Source: an uncultured Candidatus Saccharibacteria bacterium (GTDB taxonomy: Bacteria > Patescibacteriota > Minisyncoccia > UBA6257 > UBA9933). Taken from it: DNA of 64,000 bases. Below the pieces are notes generated by a model, which saw only the letters and a program-made list of their open reading frames with translations, was not told where the DNA came from and made no database searches. The stretch lies in assembly GCA_964453135.1 (NCBI GenBank), contig CAYVOL010000001.1, positions 88,895 to 152,894 of the forward strand. Direction: 5' to 3'. The position numbers were made by a program, and so were the translations under genes. Below are positions 63,673-64,000 of this stretch, piece after piece. Positions within the stretch are counted from its first letter, which is position 1. Every line of letters begins with the position of its first letter.

Positions 63673-64000
63673 TTATCCGTTCTTCAACATTTTCAGCATT
63701 TTCTCCAGCGGCCAAGCATTAATTATATCCGCTTTCTTCGCCCAGCCGCGCCGAGCTTGGCTTATGCCCCACTTCAAATAATTCATATGGGAAACAGAGT
63801 GGGCGTCGGAGTCAATGGACAATTTTACTTTCGCCTCTACGCACTTTCTGATATGAGAATCTTTGAAATCAAGGCGGTCCGGATATGCGTCTATTTCCAA
63901 AACTGTTCCGGTTCTTCTGGCGGTTTTGATAATTTCCTCCATATCCACATCAATAGCCGGCCGCTTATTGATTATCCGGCAAGTAGGGTGAAAAATAATG
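63673..64000 (-). CDS. PHP-domain protein (histidinol-phosphatase/PolX-type), C-terminal part only; the gene continues beyond the window end
   Basis: 'VLEIDAYPDRLDFKDSHIRKCVEAKVKLSIDSDAHS' is the PHP C-terminal motif. The frame is open to position 64000. Confidence 0.5.
   Translation of the reverse strand, partial: IIFHPTCRIINKRPAIDVDMEEIIKTARRTGTVLEIDAYPDRLDFKDSHIRKCVEAKVKLSIDSDAHSVSHMNYLKWGISQARRGWAKKADIINAWPLEKMLKMLKNG

Noticed and set aside
1-64000. RNase P RNA, tmRNA, SRP RNA and 6S RNA in the larger intergenic regions (22138-22414, 24995-25232, 35525-35737, 39473-39649, 40157-40440, 41029-41308)
   Set aside because: By eye I could not find the conserved cores (GGAAAGTCCGG, the tmRNA tRNA-like ends, or the SRP GGAA/AGCAG domain). 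A covariance-model scan is needed before claiming any.

Overview
This 64 kb window looks like a fragment of a small, AT-rich genome of the Patescibacteria/CPR (Parcubacteria-like) type. The call rests on short genes, a truncated IF-2, a split transketolase and rplK with no rplA after it; it is an inference and no exact G+C values were computed. The housekeeping backbone reads: scpA; a secE-nusG-rplK operon; gyrB; an ABC exporter; def-fmt; typA; tatD; a cysteine desulfurase; rbfA-infB; an NlpC/P60 peptidase and an M15 peptidase; a MurF-like ligase; ddl; htrA; clpB; a beta-CASP RNase; the C-terminal transketolase subunit; and nine tRNA genes. Four accessory features stand out. (1) A visibly GC-richer, single-strand gene array of about 12.6 kb lies directly after tRNA-Gln (about 9.05-21.7 kb). 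It encodes a CopA-type P1B ATPase, a CsoR repressor, YHS, DUF2933, DUF302 and ICMT-family proteins, and a thiol-disulfide module (redoxin, CcdA, DsbA). It carries two near-identical sigma70-like promoters (TTGACA-N18-TATxxT) whose spacers hold a CsoR-type palindrome ATACCCC-N3-GGGGTAT. (2) A family of nested-palindrome MITE/REP-like elements with a GTCATTCTGAG...CGAAGAATC core occurs in eight copies, six of them between 57 and 63.5 kb. (3) A GC-rich, MITE-flanked cassette at 57.3-60.8 kb holds four co-directional genes with Shine-Dalgarno sites and no recognisable function, including a paralogous pair ending in RRQRMDxRRFVW. This is the best candidate for an undescribed system. (4) Five tandem small TrbC/VirB2-like pilin genes sit at 60.9-63.3 kb, interspersed with the MITEs. 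Two further regions look like possible integrated islets: tRNA-Ala to tRNA-Ala (31.9-34.2 kb) and tRNA-Pro to tRNA-Leu (36.8-41.4 kb). The second contains a Cas4-like nuclease, a 15-bp perfect palindrome, a Xer-type recombinase, a SET-domain protein and a GC-rich pnuC.
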